Assembly: GCA_003427395.1 (NCBI GenBank)
Contig: BFEA01000028.1
Location: 2,395,112 to 2,459,111, forward strand
Origin: Chara braunii
Lineage: Eukaryota > Plantae > Charophyceae
DNA length: 64,000 nucleotides
Reading direction: 5' to 3'
Shown here piece after piece: positions 34,649 to 49,122 of the stretch. How positions within the stretch are numbered: the first letter of the stretch is position 1; each line of letters starts with the position of its first letter. A program made the translations under genes and the position numbers. Under the pieces are notes generated by a model, which saw only the letters and a program-made list of their open reading frames with translations, did no database searches and was not told the DNA's origin.

Positions 34649-36334
34649 GATACTTCCTTCTCTGCTAGACCTTTTCTGTTTGCCCGACGTCCGATTGTTC
34701 TGCCTCCTTCCATCCGATGTTCCCCCTTTTGCTCCTCGTATGCCAGAGGTGTAGAAATTTTTTATTCTAGTTAATTATTTCACTAGGGCGAAAGGGAGTC
34801 TTATGTACTCTCTCTCTCTCTTGTACCTTCCCCTCTTTCTTGCGTTACCCCTCGCCCTTGTCCTATGTCGTCATCTTGTTGCCATCCTCATAAGTTCGGT
34901 TGTCCTTCATAGTGATGATTGACGCCTCTTATGCCGGTCAGATCTAGTGACAATTGTCCTCCTAAGTATGGATGGTTGTACCCTCCGAAGAGTCCTCCGC
35001 TTGGTACACCTTGCAGGTCTGTATAGGCTCTTGGTGGGAGACCATAACCACTCGGTGGGATAGTTTGACCGTATTGGCCTTATGCCGCCCACGACATAAA
35101 TGACGAGGGGTCATTTGTCATCCCGAATCCAAAGCCCATCTGCTCCGTCCCTGGAACTTTCTGTCATAGAATCACGCTTGGAGGATAAATATGATTAGTA
35201 CGGCTATGTGCCATTCCACTTGGTGGTTGACTAGTCGGATCTCTTTATTCCCCTCCCGATCGACTTGGCTTTGGCCCCAAAGGACACTGGTACCCCTGAT
35301 GAGTGACCGACTCTGTTTGTTGAAAGCCTTGCAAGCGTTCTTGTGAAACTCCATTCTGCTGTTGTTGTAGGTTTTTGCGGTATTGATCCTCCATATGGAA
35401 GAAGGCTTTACATCTTATGCAGCTTGGAGTCCCTGATGAAGTGAGGTTCACAATCAAAGTATCTCCTTCGAAGGTCATAACGAAGATTTTGTCCTTCATG
35501 TTCACTCAAGATGCCGGTTCCACATTGAACTTGAGATTAAGTAGCGACGGTTTTAATCGATCTGGCTCTGGTGGATAGTAGGACTGGACCTATCGCTTTA
35601 TGGATTTGAGCCTCCAGGTAAAACATAGCGTAAAGAGGCACTTGCTGCCACAACCCAAAAGGTGGAGTCCTCTTCTCTTCTCCCCTGCTCTTGTAGTTGA
35701 GCCCTCGTCAACCATGATTTAAACTCCAATACATACCGCGTGCTTCGAAGGGTAATCGCGTCTTGTCCTTTGTTCTTTAGCCATGTAGCGACTATTGCAC
35801 TTTTCCCGATGTAGGAAACCACATTTGGACTCTCGATTTTCACTCTCCTTCGTTTGAATACGATTGCATTGAAGCTGTCATCCTGCAGCCGTTCGTCCTC
35901 ATACGCTCTTACCACGTCGTCCTTCATTTTTTTGGGCAAAAAATGAGCGGCTTCCCTGAAGATTACTGTGACCGTATGTTCTTTGATCCAATCCACTTTG
36001 GTTTTGTCAATCCTTTCGTTGACTTTAAACGTCACTTCCCTCTCGTTCACTGTCATTTCTCGTGGATCCACCGACGCTGACATAATCCCTTCATCATAGC
36101 ATAATCGAGCAAACTCCCTTATTCTATTGTCATCTTCATCCAGTGGTTGCTCCGGAGCCGCTGAAGGGGAACGCCCTCCCTCGACCATAGGGGCTTCCAT
36201 ATCATTTTTTTTCCCCTCGTCCTATTGTTACTTCCTCCTCTGTTGACTATGGTGACATTAACCCTAATTACGCTCCAGAAACATGTGTGTGTGACCATAT
36301 GTTTCCTGATCACGCCATTTTCTTGGTGTAGCAC
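34649..36334 (-). pseudogene. LINE ORF1-like remnant with a zinc knuckle
   Basis: A 200-aa fragment 35598-36200 (EHTVTVIF...LEFKSWL...FWVVA) followed by frameshifted TPSCIRCKAFFHMEDQY, a degenerate CX2CX4HX4C. This layout is typical of plant L1 ORF1. ORF2 is absent. The element may extend to ~37700. Confidence 0.65.
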
Positions 36335-39197
36335 TCCTTGAGCTTCTCCTTGTTATATCTTCACCCTGTTAACCTCCTTTTCTCCTTTGGGGTCCGACTA
36401 CGGGTGCTCGCAACTCTGTCCTCCATAGCTAAAGCTATGACCTCCGTCAAAGCGGATGGCATCGAACGTAGTTCCCACTGCAGTCCCATCGCGCTGGTAG
36501 GACTTTCGGCCGAAAACGCCTCCCGTGCCCGCGCTTGGTCCGAGCGCTTGAAAATCAGCGCTGCCGGACCGCGCCGGTCGGGCCCGTCTATTCCTCCCGT
36601 TTTGGACCCTATTTCGAGCAAAGTGACGCTCCCCGCAAATAGATGGAGCCTTCCCAGCAGGGTCCCACCAAAAGAGGCTGCTCTTACTTTTTTTCTTTTT
36701 AGAAGAAAAGGGATCCATTCATTGCAAGAGAAAAATAAGGGGGCCGGGAAACCCTCCACAACACAACCCAAAGAAAATCTGGGACTATTACCCAGTTCCG
36801 GGTCTATGTCCAGAAGCAGGAGTGGCCAACACCAGACCCCTGCTCTGACATTCCGCGCCCCTGGTAAAAAAAAACGGTACAAGAGGCTGCTCTTAGTGTG
36901 GCCCCTGCCTTGAAGTTCACCAAAAAAGAAGGAAAAAAAAAGAATGAAAGCCCTTAGGGCTGCGTTCCAGTGCCACCTGTGCTGGGTGCCACCGCTCTTT
37001 TTCAGAGGAGGCCGGCAGACCCGTACCACCCCAGCCTGGGGCCTTCGTGCCCAGTGGCAGCAGTCTACTGGTAGGCCTTTCCGTGGCTGATTCCCCCAAC
37101 CCCAGTCCTGTGGGTTTTCTTGATTCCCCCATGCCCTCCTAGCCCCCCGGTCTTCCCNCCCAGTGGCAGCAGTCTACTGGTAGGCCTTTCCGTGGCTGAT
37201 TCCCCCAACCCCAGTCCTGTGGGTTTTCTTGATTCCCCCATGCCCTCGTAGCCCCCCGGTCTTCCCATCAGGCGTCCGCGTGAAAGAGAGTTTCTTGGTC
37301 CTACTGTTTTCAACAGTGCATTCAAAGGCTTTGGAAAGGTGGTATGGACGTCCAGTGACACCGAGCCAACGTCAGTTACCGAGGCAAGGGAAGGCGACTC
37401 AGGGATGGGGCAATTGGGAAGGCTCCCGTTCAAATTGGCGCTGTTACTTCGGCACCGATTTCGTCGGGGTTGAATCTGACACGTGAGATGAAATCTGTGC
37501 GATCCCGTGAAAGGTGCTCGCCGTGTCTGTCTGTCGGGAGGTACCGTTCCACAACGCTACTGTAGAAAATGTCAGGCTCTAGCTTAGAGGTAGCAGCTTT
37601 TGGCCTCGTCATAGGTGAGCCTCGTTTTTAGGCTAGGGTGTAGCCCGGGGCGTAGCTTCGCATGCATGAGTGGATTGCTTTCGCTTCTCGGCTTAGCTTT
37701 GGATACGTTGTGCGGATTTGGTTTTGTCTATTCCTAGAGGCGGCGTTGTTCTTACGGCAGAAGGCGAGTGCTTTCAGTATACCGGCAACCACGGACGTAT
37801 GCGGCTCGATTCCCTTGGGAATTCCCTCGTTCTCTCCCCGCCACCACAACCCACTGTGGCTTTGTTACGCCCACACAGGCAGCGATAGCAAGCGAGTGAG
37901 CGAGCGGTGAGCGGACGAAAGACCAAGAGCGCGAGCGAGAGCGGGGCGAGCAAAGAAGGTTGACATGACACGACGGAGGAGGACATACGTATACAAGTGG
38001 TGGACGTATATTCTTTGGCTTTGTCCATAACATAACGCACGATCCAACCGTCCCGCGAACGCGGGTTTGCCTCAAATCGAACGGCTGGCCATAGCTCAGC
38101 TATCACCCGCCACCACTTACTGGCATGGACAGTAGCAGTGCGGCTGTGTACCTACGGCACGCAGCCCAGGAAAAGAATACTACACGGGCAGGCACAAAGG
38201 GCAAAAGATTCGGGTACTAGAAGCACAAAGGATGTGTGTCGGATCTGTAGCAGAACTGATGATGAGCAGGAAGCGATCAAGTTGCCTGCGGATCAAGGTG
38301 AGTGCGACAAGCACAGAGCAAGTAACGTAGGGCACCCAAGTCAGGAAAGGAGGGAGGGGGAGGGGGAGGGGGAGGGGGAGAGATGACTTAGAGGAGACGC
38401 TACGGTAGTGAAGTGTTGAGGGAAATCCCGGCCAGGGTAAGGCTTCAGTTCGGTCCCAACCGGAGAGGCTTGGGATGTGGAAGAGGGGGGGAGAGCAGGG
38501 TCGAGGGAGATCCGTGTCCTCTGCCTCCCAGCTGAATTTGGGGTGAGTGGGGGCATTCTTGCGACTCCGCGGGAAAAGGGCCTCGGGATGAGAGGATACG
38601 CGGGCGAAGCTGGGGGTGGTTGAACGGGGACGTGCGTCAGCAGGGGCCAGGTGTGGCCACGTGTCAGCTGGGGAAACGATGATGACGTTGATGATGATCG
38701 TGATGATGGAATCGGAACCGCCCGTTCCACGTGGATCGCCGCCTCCCCCGTGAGGCGAAGGAGTAGGTTCTCTGTCTCTCTGTGTCTTTCTTCCCATCCC
38801 ATCAACCTTTTCTGTCTCTATACTCCCATCCCATCCTGTCTCTGTAATTAATGCATCATCTGCAAATCATCTCGGCAGTGCGCGGCCACAGCGCTTTTGG
38901 TGGACGGTCGATTGGCTAAAGGTGTGATTGATTGTTTTGCCTGCGCGTGCGGGAGAATAATCCTCCCTCCTCTCTGACTTCCTTCTCTTGGCCTCCTCTT
39001 GCTCATCCTCCTGAGGTGTCCTCTTGTCTTCCCTCCGTGCTCACCCTCTGCTCTCCCTTTGATTGGTTTGAGGTAATCAAGGGGAGGAAGAGAGGCACAC
39101 CTCGGCTACGGCATCAATCGCCACGTCCTCGGTGGGGATCGTCCATCTGGCGGTCCCCCTTCCGGCGGTGAATGCGCGCCGGTCGGATTACCCCGCG

Positions 39198-41611
39198 ATG
39201 TGCATTTTGTGCGTGGCTAGCCGTTGGTCTCGCCGCTTGTTCACGATGCTTCCGTGGTTAATCGTTCCGTTGATCATAGCCTGGGCGCTGTCGCAGCTGC
39301 TGCCGCCAGGATGGCGCCTAGAAGCAACCTCGCCGCGAATTGCTTGTGTGGTAGCGTTGTTCCTCTCGCTCGCCTGGTATGAAGTCGTTATGCCCAAGCT
39401 GCAGGAATTGAGGATGAGGAGAACTAATTACTTGAGGGAACTGCGGCGCATACGGCTGCAGGAAGAGGCCAAGTGGCGGAAGGAGGCGACGCGACGATGC
39501 CGCAATTGCCTGACAGCGTACAGGGAGCAGACGCCGGCAGGAGGGCGATTCATGTGCACGTTCTGCGGGCATGTATCGAAGCGACCAGTGCTGGAGACGN
39601 NNNNNNNNNNNNNNNNNNNNNNNNNNNNNNNNNNNNNNNNNNNNNNNNNNNNNNNNNNNNNNNNNNNNGGGCGGGGGATATAATCGAAGCTGTGAGATGT
39701 CTGGAATCGCGATGGTGCTCTGCGGGGGGTGGTGGTGGTGGAGGAGGAGGAGGAGGAGGAGGAGGAGGAGGAGGGACGAACTCGGGACTTGTCTGTCGAG
39801 TCGGCGGCATTATGTTGTGGCCCTTGTGGAGGATCTTGCATCTTTTGGAAAGATGGGGTGAAGAACGGACGAACGGGGGAGGGGGAAACAGCGGAAGGAG
39901 AGGGGGTAAGAAAGACGCAGGGGGGGGGGGGGGGGGGGGAGGGGTAACAGGAGCGGGTGGCGGGAAAGTAGATAAGGCAAAGAGAAGGGAAGAGAAAAGA
40001 CTGTTAAAGATAGAAAGGGAATTGTTAGAGGAGGAGGAAAAGAAGCAAAGGGAGGAGGTGGCACGATTGGTGGAGGAGCAGCGGCGTCTCCGCGACGAGA
40101 AGCTAGAGGCTGAGAGAGAGAGTGAGCGAGAGGCTATGGCGGCGGAAAAGGAGCTTTTGGAGCGCGAACAGAGGAAAGAGAAAGAAGGCGAACGGCGAAA
40201 GCTGGAAAGGAACCGAGAGAGAGAGCGCGGCTCCGCGGCGGGCGCCACCGCAGCCGCTGTGTCAGCAGATGAAGCGTCCACAGGGACGACAACGACGGCG
40301 GCCAGAACACGGGGCGCTGTTTCGGACGCGCTCGAGCAGCCGTCGCGGAAGAGGGAAGACAAGAAGTTTCCAGATCGGGAAAGGAAGTCGACGGCCAAGT
40401 CGGCGGGGTCGGTAAGCATGGTCTCTGCCCCGCGATCTCCGCTATCGGGACGACCCCTCCTTTCAGACAACGGCGCGCTTCTAATCTCGACGAGGTCCTC
40501 CACGGCGGGCAACAAGTCCATCATCTCAACCTCCTCCTCCTCCTCCTCGATTTTCTTGTCTTATTCCTCGAAGTCCGGGGGGCTCCTAGGGATGAGGCCA
40601 GCGCCGTCGTTCTCATCAGCCACGGTCAACCCGACAGGCTCATCTCCGCGATGCTCGCCGAGATTTACGACATCTGCGGGCTCTTCAGGGTCGTCGTCGT
40701 CCTGCTCCTCCTCCTCCTCCTCTTCCTCTGCCTCATTGTCCACGTTCTCGTGGTGGAACAGAGGGGGTGGGAGTGCGAAAGGTGCTGGGGGAGGAGCAGG
40801 TGGGGGGAGCATGGCTGGTCTGGCGGGGGCGGCGTCTTCTTCGGGCGCTTTAGGCGGGAATGCTTCGTGTACAAGTATTAGCATTGGCAGCAATAAGATG
40901 GTCACGGCGGCGGTAAGTAGTAGTAAGATTTGCCAGGACAGCAAGAAGAAGGCTGGGTCCAATAATGCGGCGTCGGGTGCCATTGGCGGCGCTAGCGCGA
41001 ACGCTAATCATGGGGGTAGTAGTGGGGGGAATGGCGGCGGTAACAGCGGCGGCGGGGCGACGACGTCCGCCACGTGTTCGTCCACGGTCTCTGCCGGGGC
41101 ATCATCGACGGCGCGCAGCGGCGAGTCGGGATCGGGATCTGGATCGCGGCTGCGAGCGCCGTCGGCCTGGACGAAGTCCGTCTGGAAGCCGTGGGGACCG
41201 AACCGTAGTCAGGTGGCCCCGATGAGTGCCACGTGTCTTCAGGAGGGCGGCGGGGACAAACCGATCGTGTCAGTGTGGGGGTCAGCGTCTGCTGCTTCAT
41301 CAGGAGTAGGAGGAGGTGGGGTCGGGGGAAAGCTAGCCATGGCCGGGACCACAACGACGACGGCCGCCGCCATAGCCTCGAGCTCGCGGATGGGATCAAC
41401 GACCACGACGGCCGCCGCCTCCGTGGCGGCGGGGGATTGCGCCACGACAGTCATCACAACGACGACTACGGCGACCACCACAACGACCACCAGCATTACC
41501 ACCACTGTGAGCACACCAGCTGGCATCACCGTCCCGGTCCCGGATTGGGCATCGACGGGGGGCGAGACCTGGAAGCTCGGGCCCATCATCGGGGAGAATG
41601 CGCCCATCTCG
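39198..41611 (+). CDS. First coding exon of a plant 'stress response NST1-like' protein (AT3G51640/AT3G51650 family)
   Basis: MCILCVASRWSRRLFTMLPWLIVPL...WALSQLLPP...SPRIACV...WYE...ATRRCRNCLTAYREQ..GGRFMCTFCGHVSKRPVL matches the remembered family N-terminus (TM segments plus a CxxC..CxxC finger). An E/K/R coiled coil follows (EEEEKKQREEVARLVEEQRRLRDEK). The frame changes across the N gap 39600-39668. A G|GTAAGT donor lies at 41612 (phase 0). Later exons were not identified. Confidence 0.88.
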
Positions 41612-41948
41612 GTAAGTTACCTCGGTCAGCCCATAGCTCCAAACGACAAGACAACGATGCTGTTGATAACTACGATAATGACGATGATAATGATGATTAT
41701 GGCGATGATGACAATCATGATTTTGATGATGGCGAAGATGAGAGTGATGGTGGTGATGATGAGCGTTCGTTGCGAGCCAACGGATGGAGCAGAAGTACAG
41801 AAGTACGGTTGTCAATGCTCACGGTCTTGATTAGGATGAAATGATTCGGACGAAACCCTTGGATGGATAATGACGCCGAACATGATTATGACGATCATAC
41901 TTCCATTTGTCATGCCTACGTTCTGGATGCTATTGCGACGACGATGAC

Positions 41949-41982
<34 letters not shown>

Positions 41983-44900
41983 CATTAATTGGGGGATCGA
42001 ATGGATTTCGGCAGTTGATAATGGCCTGTGTAATGATGCAAAACAGGGAGCTTTGCCGAATCCAGTGATCCCACCCCTTCCTCCGGGGGGGGGGGGGGGN
42101 GGGCGGCGGTCATTCAGAATGAATGGGCACAAATCTGTCCAGAAGAATGACCGATTCACACTCTAGTACTTGGGACTTTTTAGTTCTCAAGTCCGTTATC
42201 CTAACCTTACCTTGTGCTTCATCGAAGCCGTTGTTCGACTTTCGCGTGTTGCTTTCATGCATGACCTATCACTACCGTAGGCATACCACGGACGTGTAGG
42301 TCACACCCTTGGCCTGGGTCAGCTTGGGATGGTGTGGCAGAAGAGTTGGGGACAGCTGCTCAGCAATCGAGGTCGGCGACATAGGTGGCGCTCATTCATG
42401 TCTAAGTTATCTTTTTGTTCTTTCATTGCTGTCTATCAGTGCGTGTGTGCCTTGTTATGGGAGGGGAGAGGGCCGACGCGATTAATAAAGCAGGTCTGTG
42501 TGTATGTTTGCATGGGTGCATGCATGCATGCGTTCGTTTCGCCCGCGCGCGCGCGAGCATTGAGAGAGAGAGAGAGAGAGAGAAGGTGAAAGGGAGTGAT
42601 AATTCATCATCGAGTGGAGGGGTAGAAATGTGGGTGGAAGTTTGTCAATGAATCACCGATTATGGCTATATCTGACTGGTGTTTTGCATAGGCAAGCCGA
42701 AAGAATGCCCGGATAAGACTGTCATTAATTATGCAATCAAGCTGGATTCGTATAGTCGATTGATTGCATGAATGCGAAGACGAAGCTGGATTGCCATCAA
42801 TTAATCAAGCTGAGGGCGAAAAATGGTGAAGGGGGGCGAGCCCTTCTCTAGTGGAGGGAATTCATTTTCCTGGAACTACCGTCTTCCCCCGAACTTAACG
42901 CACCCTGAAAATGAACGTATACAAGTATGTTTCCGGCCCGATACAGTCAAAATGAGGGTGCGTTGTGTTGGGGGGAAGGAAGGTAGGAAGACAAAGACAG
43001 CAGAGAGCGATTAGCTTCTCCCTTTTTTTTTCTGTTTTTTTTGCGTTTATATTGATTCTCTACCAAATGCCACTTGTCGCAGATTAAGTATCACTGAGTC
43101 GTGATTTTTTTCAGTCTTTTTTGTAAGGTTCTAATCCTAAGTTTGCCAGCGTGCATTCTTTTTCCTATTGTTGATATATTGTTGATATGACGATATGTAT
43201 TTTTATGTGACGATATATATTGTCACAAGATTTTAATTAAAAAATAGAAGAAAGATTGTTACAAACCCTCAGCCGAGTGACTGGGTGAAGGTCTTTTCCA
43301 CCGTGCTTTTTCCCTTTTTTTAAATTTTAGTTTTAGAAGTAGTCGATTTCCCCCCTTCCCCACCTTTGGCGGCAATGTCAATGGGTTTAAGGGCAGGGGA
43401 GGGCTCAGAGATAGGTGCAGGGACGGTTGGGAAAGAGGGGGGGGGGGGGGGGGAAGAGGGTCGGTGGGAAAGATAGGGGAAAGATAGGGGATACGGGGTT
43501 GGGATGGAGACTGGCGGGAAAGATAGGGGGGGGCCGGGAGGAGGTTCGGGGGGGGAGGGGGAAGGTGTGGGGGGGGGGGGGGGGGTATAATCGTTTACCG
43601 TATTAATTTTTTGAATTAGATGGGTTTTAGAAAAAAAAAAGTGAGAGGAAGGTAGGCATGTCTTCGTCGTGGCACGATGAGTGATTCCTTGCTTTTATAA
43701 TAAAGTTATTATATTAAATATTTAAATATTTAATTAAATTCATTTAATATTTTATCGTTTTTCGGAAATCTCAAGTACTGGTAGGCCCAGTTAAAAAAGA
43801 GCATATTACGATTGTCTGGGAGGACCTTTTTTTGGGGGGGGGGGCGCGGGGGGGATGATTGGGGTCAGCGACGATCAGCAAAGCGGAGAGAGATAATAAC
43901 AGGTCAACTGGCTGGGCAGTTACTTGTGAATTTAAAACCTCAAAAAATGATAAAACTAGAAATTAAAAAGTTTAAAAGAAGAAAATTGAGCTAATTTATT
44001 ATCTGGAAGGAATCAGCAAAGACCAATAAGTAGAGGTCAACTGGCTGGCAGTTACTCTGAATTGAAAAAAAAAACACAAGAAAACACGAAATAGTCAAAT
44101 TGAAGGAAAATAAAATTCAGATAATTTTCTCATTGCGAGGACTGAGCGAAAGGCTTTTCGATGGATAGAGAACCTGTTTGACGGATAGAAATGCAAAATA
44201 ATAATCATAATAATAATAATAAATCGACATACTTCACCGTAATTGAGTGTTTGAACGAAAAGAAAAGAATTTCACGAAAAAATTCTGAATTTCTTTACTG
44301 TATTTATTTTTGGTGGATCGGAGACTGTCAATTGCTCGTCAACGATTGTTTGACGAATGTGCGAGTTCAATCCATCATGTTTTCAATTAATTGAATTTAA
44401 TTCTCAATTTCCTCCGAATAAATTCGGAACTTAATCTTTTATCAATTCGATGTTTTTTTTTTTTTTTTTTTTGGAAACCTGTTTGGGCATGTAACTTTGA
44501 CGTTCCTGGCGGCAGTTTCAATTCAACGTTTTTTTGGAACCGAACTCGTCAGGGTCCTACTGGCGGGACCCCAGGAAGCCCAAATGTGTAGGAAACAAAT
44601 TCCCAAGCCCAGCTTCGAGTCCATCAAATCTATCAGGGGAATCGTTGACGAGCAATTAAAAAAATAATACATATACATAATGTAAAATTGTAATAATTTA
44701 ATTATATTATAGCAATTCATAGGTATTATATATGTATGTGCTTAGAAAGCAAACGTGCCAGATCTTTGAAAGAAAATTAATCTTAAAAAAAAAAATCCGA
44801 CTTTCGACTTTTCGTTAATGACTCGGTTTGACTCGCCAAAAGAAAATTAATCTTAAAAAAAAATAAAATCGACTTTCGACATTTCGTTAATGACTCGGTT

Positions 44901-45829
44901 TGACTCGCCTGCCAGATCGTACAGCTGCCGACGAGGTTGGCCTGCTAAGTGGGCAACAACTGGCACTGGCTCCTAATCCACGTCTGGCTGTAAACCTTTG
45001 GCTGTTGTCGATGTTGGCCACCACGTCAGCAGTCAACCTGGGATCAAGATCCCGATCAACGGTCGCAGGAGTACCGAAAATTAATAAAAAATGATCATTT
45101 TGTGTTCCCCCCCTTCCCCCCTTCCCCCGCCTCCCCAAGAAATTACGACGACTTTATGACGATTTTTTAAATCATTTTGCCAGAAATGTTCACTCTACCA
45201 GCATTTTTTTGGCTCTTTGTCACAGACCACCATCGTTTTGAATTTCACACCAGCCGCGGCCTGCTGAGTCAGCTTTTCCCAGCTCCTCTCAGTATCGAAG
45301 GAAAAAATGATAAAATTAAAAACTTCATGGGTAAGTGGAGAGGAGGGTAACAAAGTATAAGACCGCGAGTTTAAAGAACGGATGTGCGCATTGGTATGCC
45401 TGTGTATGGAGGCGTCTTCTTGTGCCAGGTACATCCACAATATTTACAATAGTAATGGTGTCGAGTAGGCCACGAACCGTTGGCGCTGCAAACGTTACTC
45501 TCTGTCAGATTTTATAAGACGTTGACGTAAACATGCATATGGAAGAATACATAAAAAAGAAAAACGATATCTTCTCAGCGTTGGGTCTGCGGTGAAATTG
45601 GTGGCGAGCCTCCATGAAAAGCTGAGAATGTGAAGCCACCCCACTTCTTGTATGTATGTTAGAATACACAGGGGGTGGCCGTGCCGCCCGGTCGAATTCG
45701 AGCGCTGCTTCCGTACTACAGGTAGCAGCGGCCTCGTGCGTGAGGGAAACTCAAGTGCAGCTCCTTGTTGTCAAAGAGCTGCAAACTGGGGGCGTCTGCG
45801 CCCACCCGCGAGCGCAAGCCAGACACACA

Positions 45830-45893
<64 letters not shown>

Positions 45894-45966
45894 NNNNNNN
45901 NNNNNNNNNNNNNNNNNNNNNNNNNNNNNNNNNNNNNNNNNNNNNNNNNNNNNNCGTGTTTGTTTG

Positions 45967-46004
<38 letters not shown>

Positions 46005-47179
46005 CACGTTCAGGTCAGGAGTCTTTGTATGCTTTGAGGTTCACCGATGTGAGAAATGTGTACATTGTCTCGCGGAGGTATACCATTAAGCTGGAGTTTC
46101 ACTGTGTTGCGAACGGTTATCTCCGATAGCCAGGGGGAATAATTCTGGGGGAATCATCGAATCTGAAAACCACTACCTCCGGAGAAACGGCCCCAAGTGG
46201 CACACAACACCCCTTCAGACAGACAGATTGGAAAAAAGAGACCCTTGCCCTTGAGATCATCCATCAGCCGATGGAGGCCGCTCCTCGGTCGCAAGCATCT
46301 CGAGTGTCCCTTCAGTTGTTTTTTTATGCTTTGTACGTGCTATATAGATAAATGCTATGTATTTCTTTGAGTGTCCCTCTTAGTCGTTTTTATGCTACGT
46401 AAATGCTATATAAATACTATGCAAATGGTATGCAAATGCTATACAAATGCTATGCAACTGCTATATAAGGGGACTGTGAATGGAATCGAGGATTGGTGGC
46501 TTCAGATTGCAAGATGATTTTTCTGCCTGTCAGGCCACAGAGTAGATAAGCTCATTATGTTTAGGGCCCTCTTTCCTAACGCCGGATTCGTGATGTGAAT
46601 TCATCGTAGTACAAACTATTTGTGTTATGATCATTCTCAGAGTCTTCGTCGTCCTTCCCCCCCTCCTGCCACGCATGGATGTATAGGATATAAGATAGTT
46701 ATTGACTCCCGTTAATGCTGATCCTCCACTCAGCAATTAATCAGCCTGGTGATCTGAGTCTCCTCTGAATAATAATCATTTGATTGGTTGATCAACCAAT
46801 CAGATACACATCTGAATAGAGTTTTTTCTTATGTTTTGCTATCCATGTCCAGCCAATAGTGCTTTTTCTTACGTTTTGCTATCCATGTCCAGCCAGGTTC
46901 TCATCAGCTGGACTGCATGGAGGGGACGTCATCCTGCATCTGAACAGTCTTTTTGCTTATGCTGCTATCCATGCCCAGGTTCTCTGCACTGTTCTTGACG
47001 AGGACGTCGTTCTCGTCCTGCACATTATGATTGCTATCTTGTTTTGATGACTATTTATTATTAGTATTATTACTGCTATTTCATCAATGAATCAATCATT
47101 GATGTGATTATGATTACAATCTTTGTTGTCATTATGATTACTATTGTTGATACGAGCACGATTGTTCATCGTCCTACTC

Positions 47180-47217
47180 CTGTCTCTTATACACATCTAG
47201 ATGTGTATAAGAGACAG
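47180..47217. other. Nextera mate-pair junction adapter (assembly artefact)
   Basis: Exact CTGTCTCTTATACACATCT + AGATGTGTATAAGAGACAG (back-to-back Tn5 mosaic ends), flanked by a duplicated ~75 bp. Confidence 0.98.
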
Positions 47218-48543
47218 TCATTGATGTGATTATGATTACAATCTTTGTTGTCATTATGATTACTATTGTTGATACGAGCATGATTGTTCATCGCGTCTGC
47301 ACCCGAATAGAACGCACAGTTATTATAGCTGTATCTGGAGCAATTTTCCGTCTGAAGTCAGTGATAAGGATCGAGCACGTTGTATTTGGGTGAAAATTTC
47401 CTGTCTCAATTCAGCTATAATGACCGTGGGTTCTATTCGGGTGAAGAGGGTAGTCTTCATCTCTCGTCTTGCACACCTTGATTGATTGCTATCATTGTCG
47501 TAGATAAACTGCACATCCTCATCCCCTCTGCCTGAGTGCAGGCCTAACATGATTATGATGATCATCTTCATCGTCGTGATAATCCTGAGCATCATCTTTA
47601 ATCATCATCATCATTATCACCCTTGTTGTCATTAATCTCAGCTCTTCCACGTGGCGTGTTCATGGTTGTTCTCATCATCTTTATGAGTAGGGTTCTCCCA
47701 CACGGAGAGGGTGATCAATCTGGAGAGAGAGCCGTGTGCAGGTGCAAAAACTCCGTGTTGATTGTTCGTGTCAACTTGTGGCTTGATTGGCCTTGCTGAT
47801 GGGTCTAACGTGTTGATTGATTGGCCTCATTTATGTTATAAGCCTCAGCATCTGGCTACCCTTCTTCCCCCTAATACAGCGTACGGTCATTATAGCTGTA
47901 TTTGAGGTATCTTTCAGTCTAAATACAGCTATAATGATCATGCGTTGTATTCGGGGCAAGAAGGTAGGACTTCACGTGAGTACTTGTTCATGATGTCATG
48001 ATTAGTACTCGCTCATTCTTGAAATTGTGGATTTGATGTCGTGTCGTTTTTCACGATCATCCTTTCTATCATTGATAAGAGTCGGTTACCAAAAGTTGAG
48101 ATGTGATAGGGAAACATAAAGAAGGTAAACGCTAGATCTTTGTAAGGCCGCAGCCAAAGGGAAAAGGGAAAAAAGACAAACGATCTTGTTCAGGGAGCGA
48201 CATTGGGGTAGATGCAAGGATACAGTGTCAATTGTTTTATCCTCAGATAGACACGTACCTGTCAACTATGATTGGGGCTCTTGTGTAACTTTTTAAGTGG
48301 TCTATTACTGCCCTAATGGAAAATGATGGGAGGGATCGAGGGATGGAATTTCTTGTTCTTGTTTGTTTCTCTGGGGCTCGATCGAGCACGCCTTAGAATT
48401 TATTCATCAAACAGGACGAGTATCAAATTCAAGCTTAAAGGATGATGGTACTCTGGTCAATCCTCGGTGTCGTGGGATTGTTTTGTATTGATTAATTAGC
48501 CATTGATTATGTGTGTCATCCTCTTTACAATATGGTCGGTTCA

Positions 48544-49122
48544 AATCGCATTGAAAGCCGTTCCGTTGATGGTGGATGGCTGTAAGTTGACGTCGCCGAG
48601 TGGGACCAGAGAGTTACTCCGGAGGGAGGAGAGTAGGGGTTATCAGGTCCGCGATCAAATTGCATCGAAAGCCGTTCTGTCGATGGTGGACGGCTGCAAG
48701 TTGATGTCGTCGAGTGGGAGCAGAGAGTTACTCTGGAGAGAGGAGAGTAGGGGTTATCAGGTCCGCGATCTAATTGCATCGAAAGCCGTTCCGTCAATGG
48801 TGGATGGCTGTAAGTTGATGTCATAGAGTGGTAGCAGAGAGTTACTCTGGAGAGAGGAGAGGAGTAGCGGACGGCTGTAAGTTGACATCGTCGAGTGGGA
48901 GCAGAGAGCTACTCTGGAGGGAGGAGAGGAGTAGGGGTTATCAGGTCCGAGCAGAGAGTTACTCTGGAGGGAGGAGAGGAGTAGGGGTTATCAGGTCCGC
49001 AATCAAATCGCATTGAAAGCCGTTCCGTTGATGGTGGACGACTGTAAGTTGACATCTCGGAGTGGGAGCAGCGAGTTACTCTGGAGGAAGGAGAGGAGTA
49101 GGGGTTATCAGGTCCGCGATCG
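48544..49122. repeat. ~114-bp minisatellite, ~5 partly truncated copies
   Basis: Unit gaaagccgttccgttgatggtggatggctgtaagttga...gagtaggggttatcaggtccgcgatc. Confidence 0.85.

Noticed and set aside
35290-35335. Hammerhead-like CTGATGA...GAAA
   Set aside because: Stem II does not pair and the site lies in LINE ORF1 sequence. CTGACGA at ~4837 and ~1372 (minus) likewise lack a GAAA core.
37050-37266. 108-bp tandem duplication
   Set aside because: Near-identical copies separated by a single N, likely a contig-overlap artefact.
42810-46212. Large TIR element in the intron
   Set aside because: End similarity is weak and no TSD was found.
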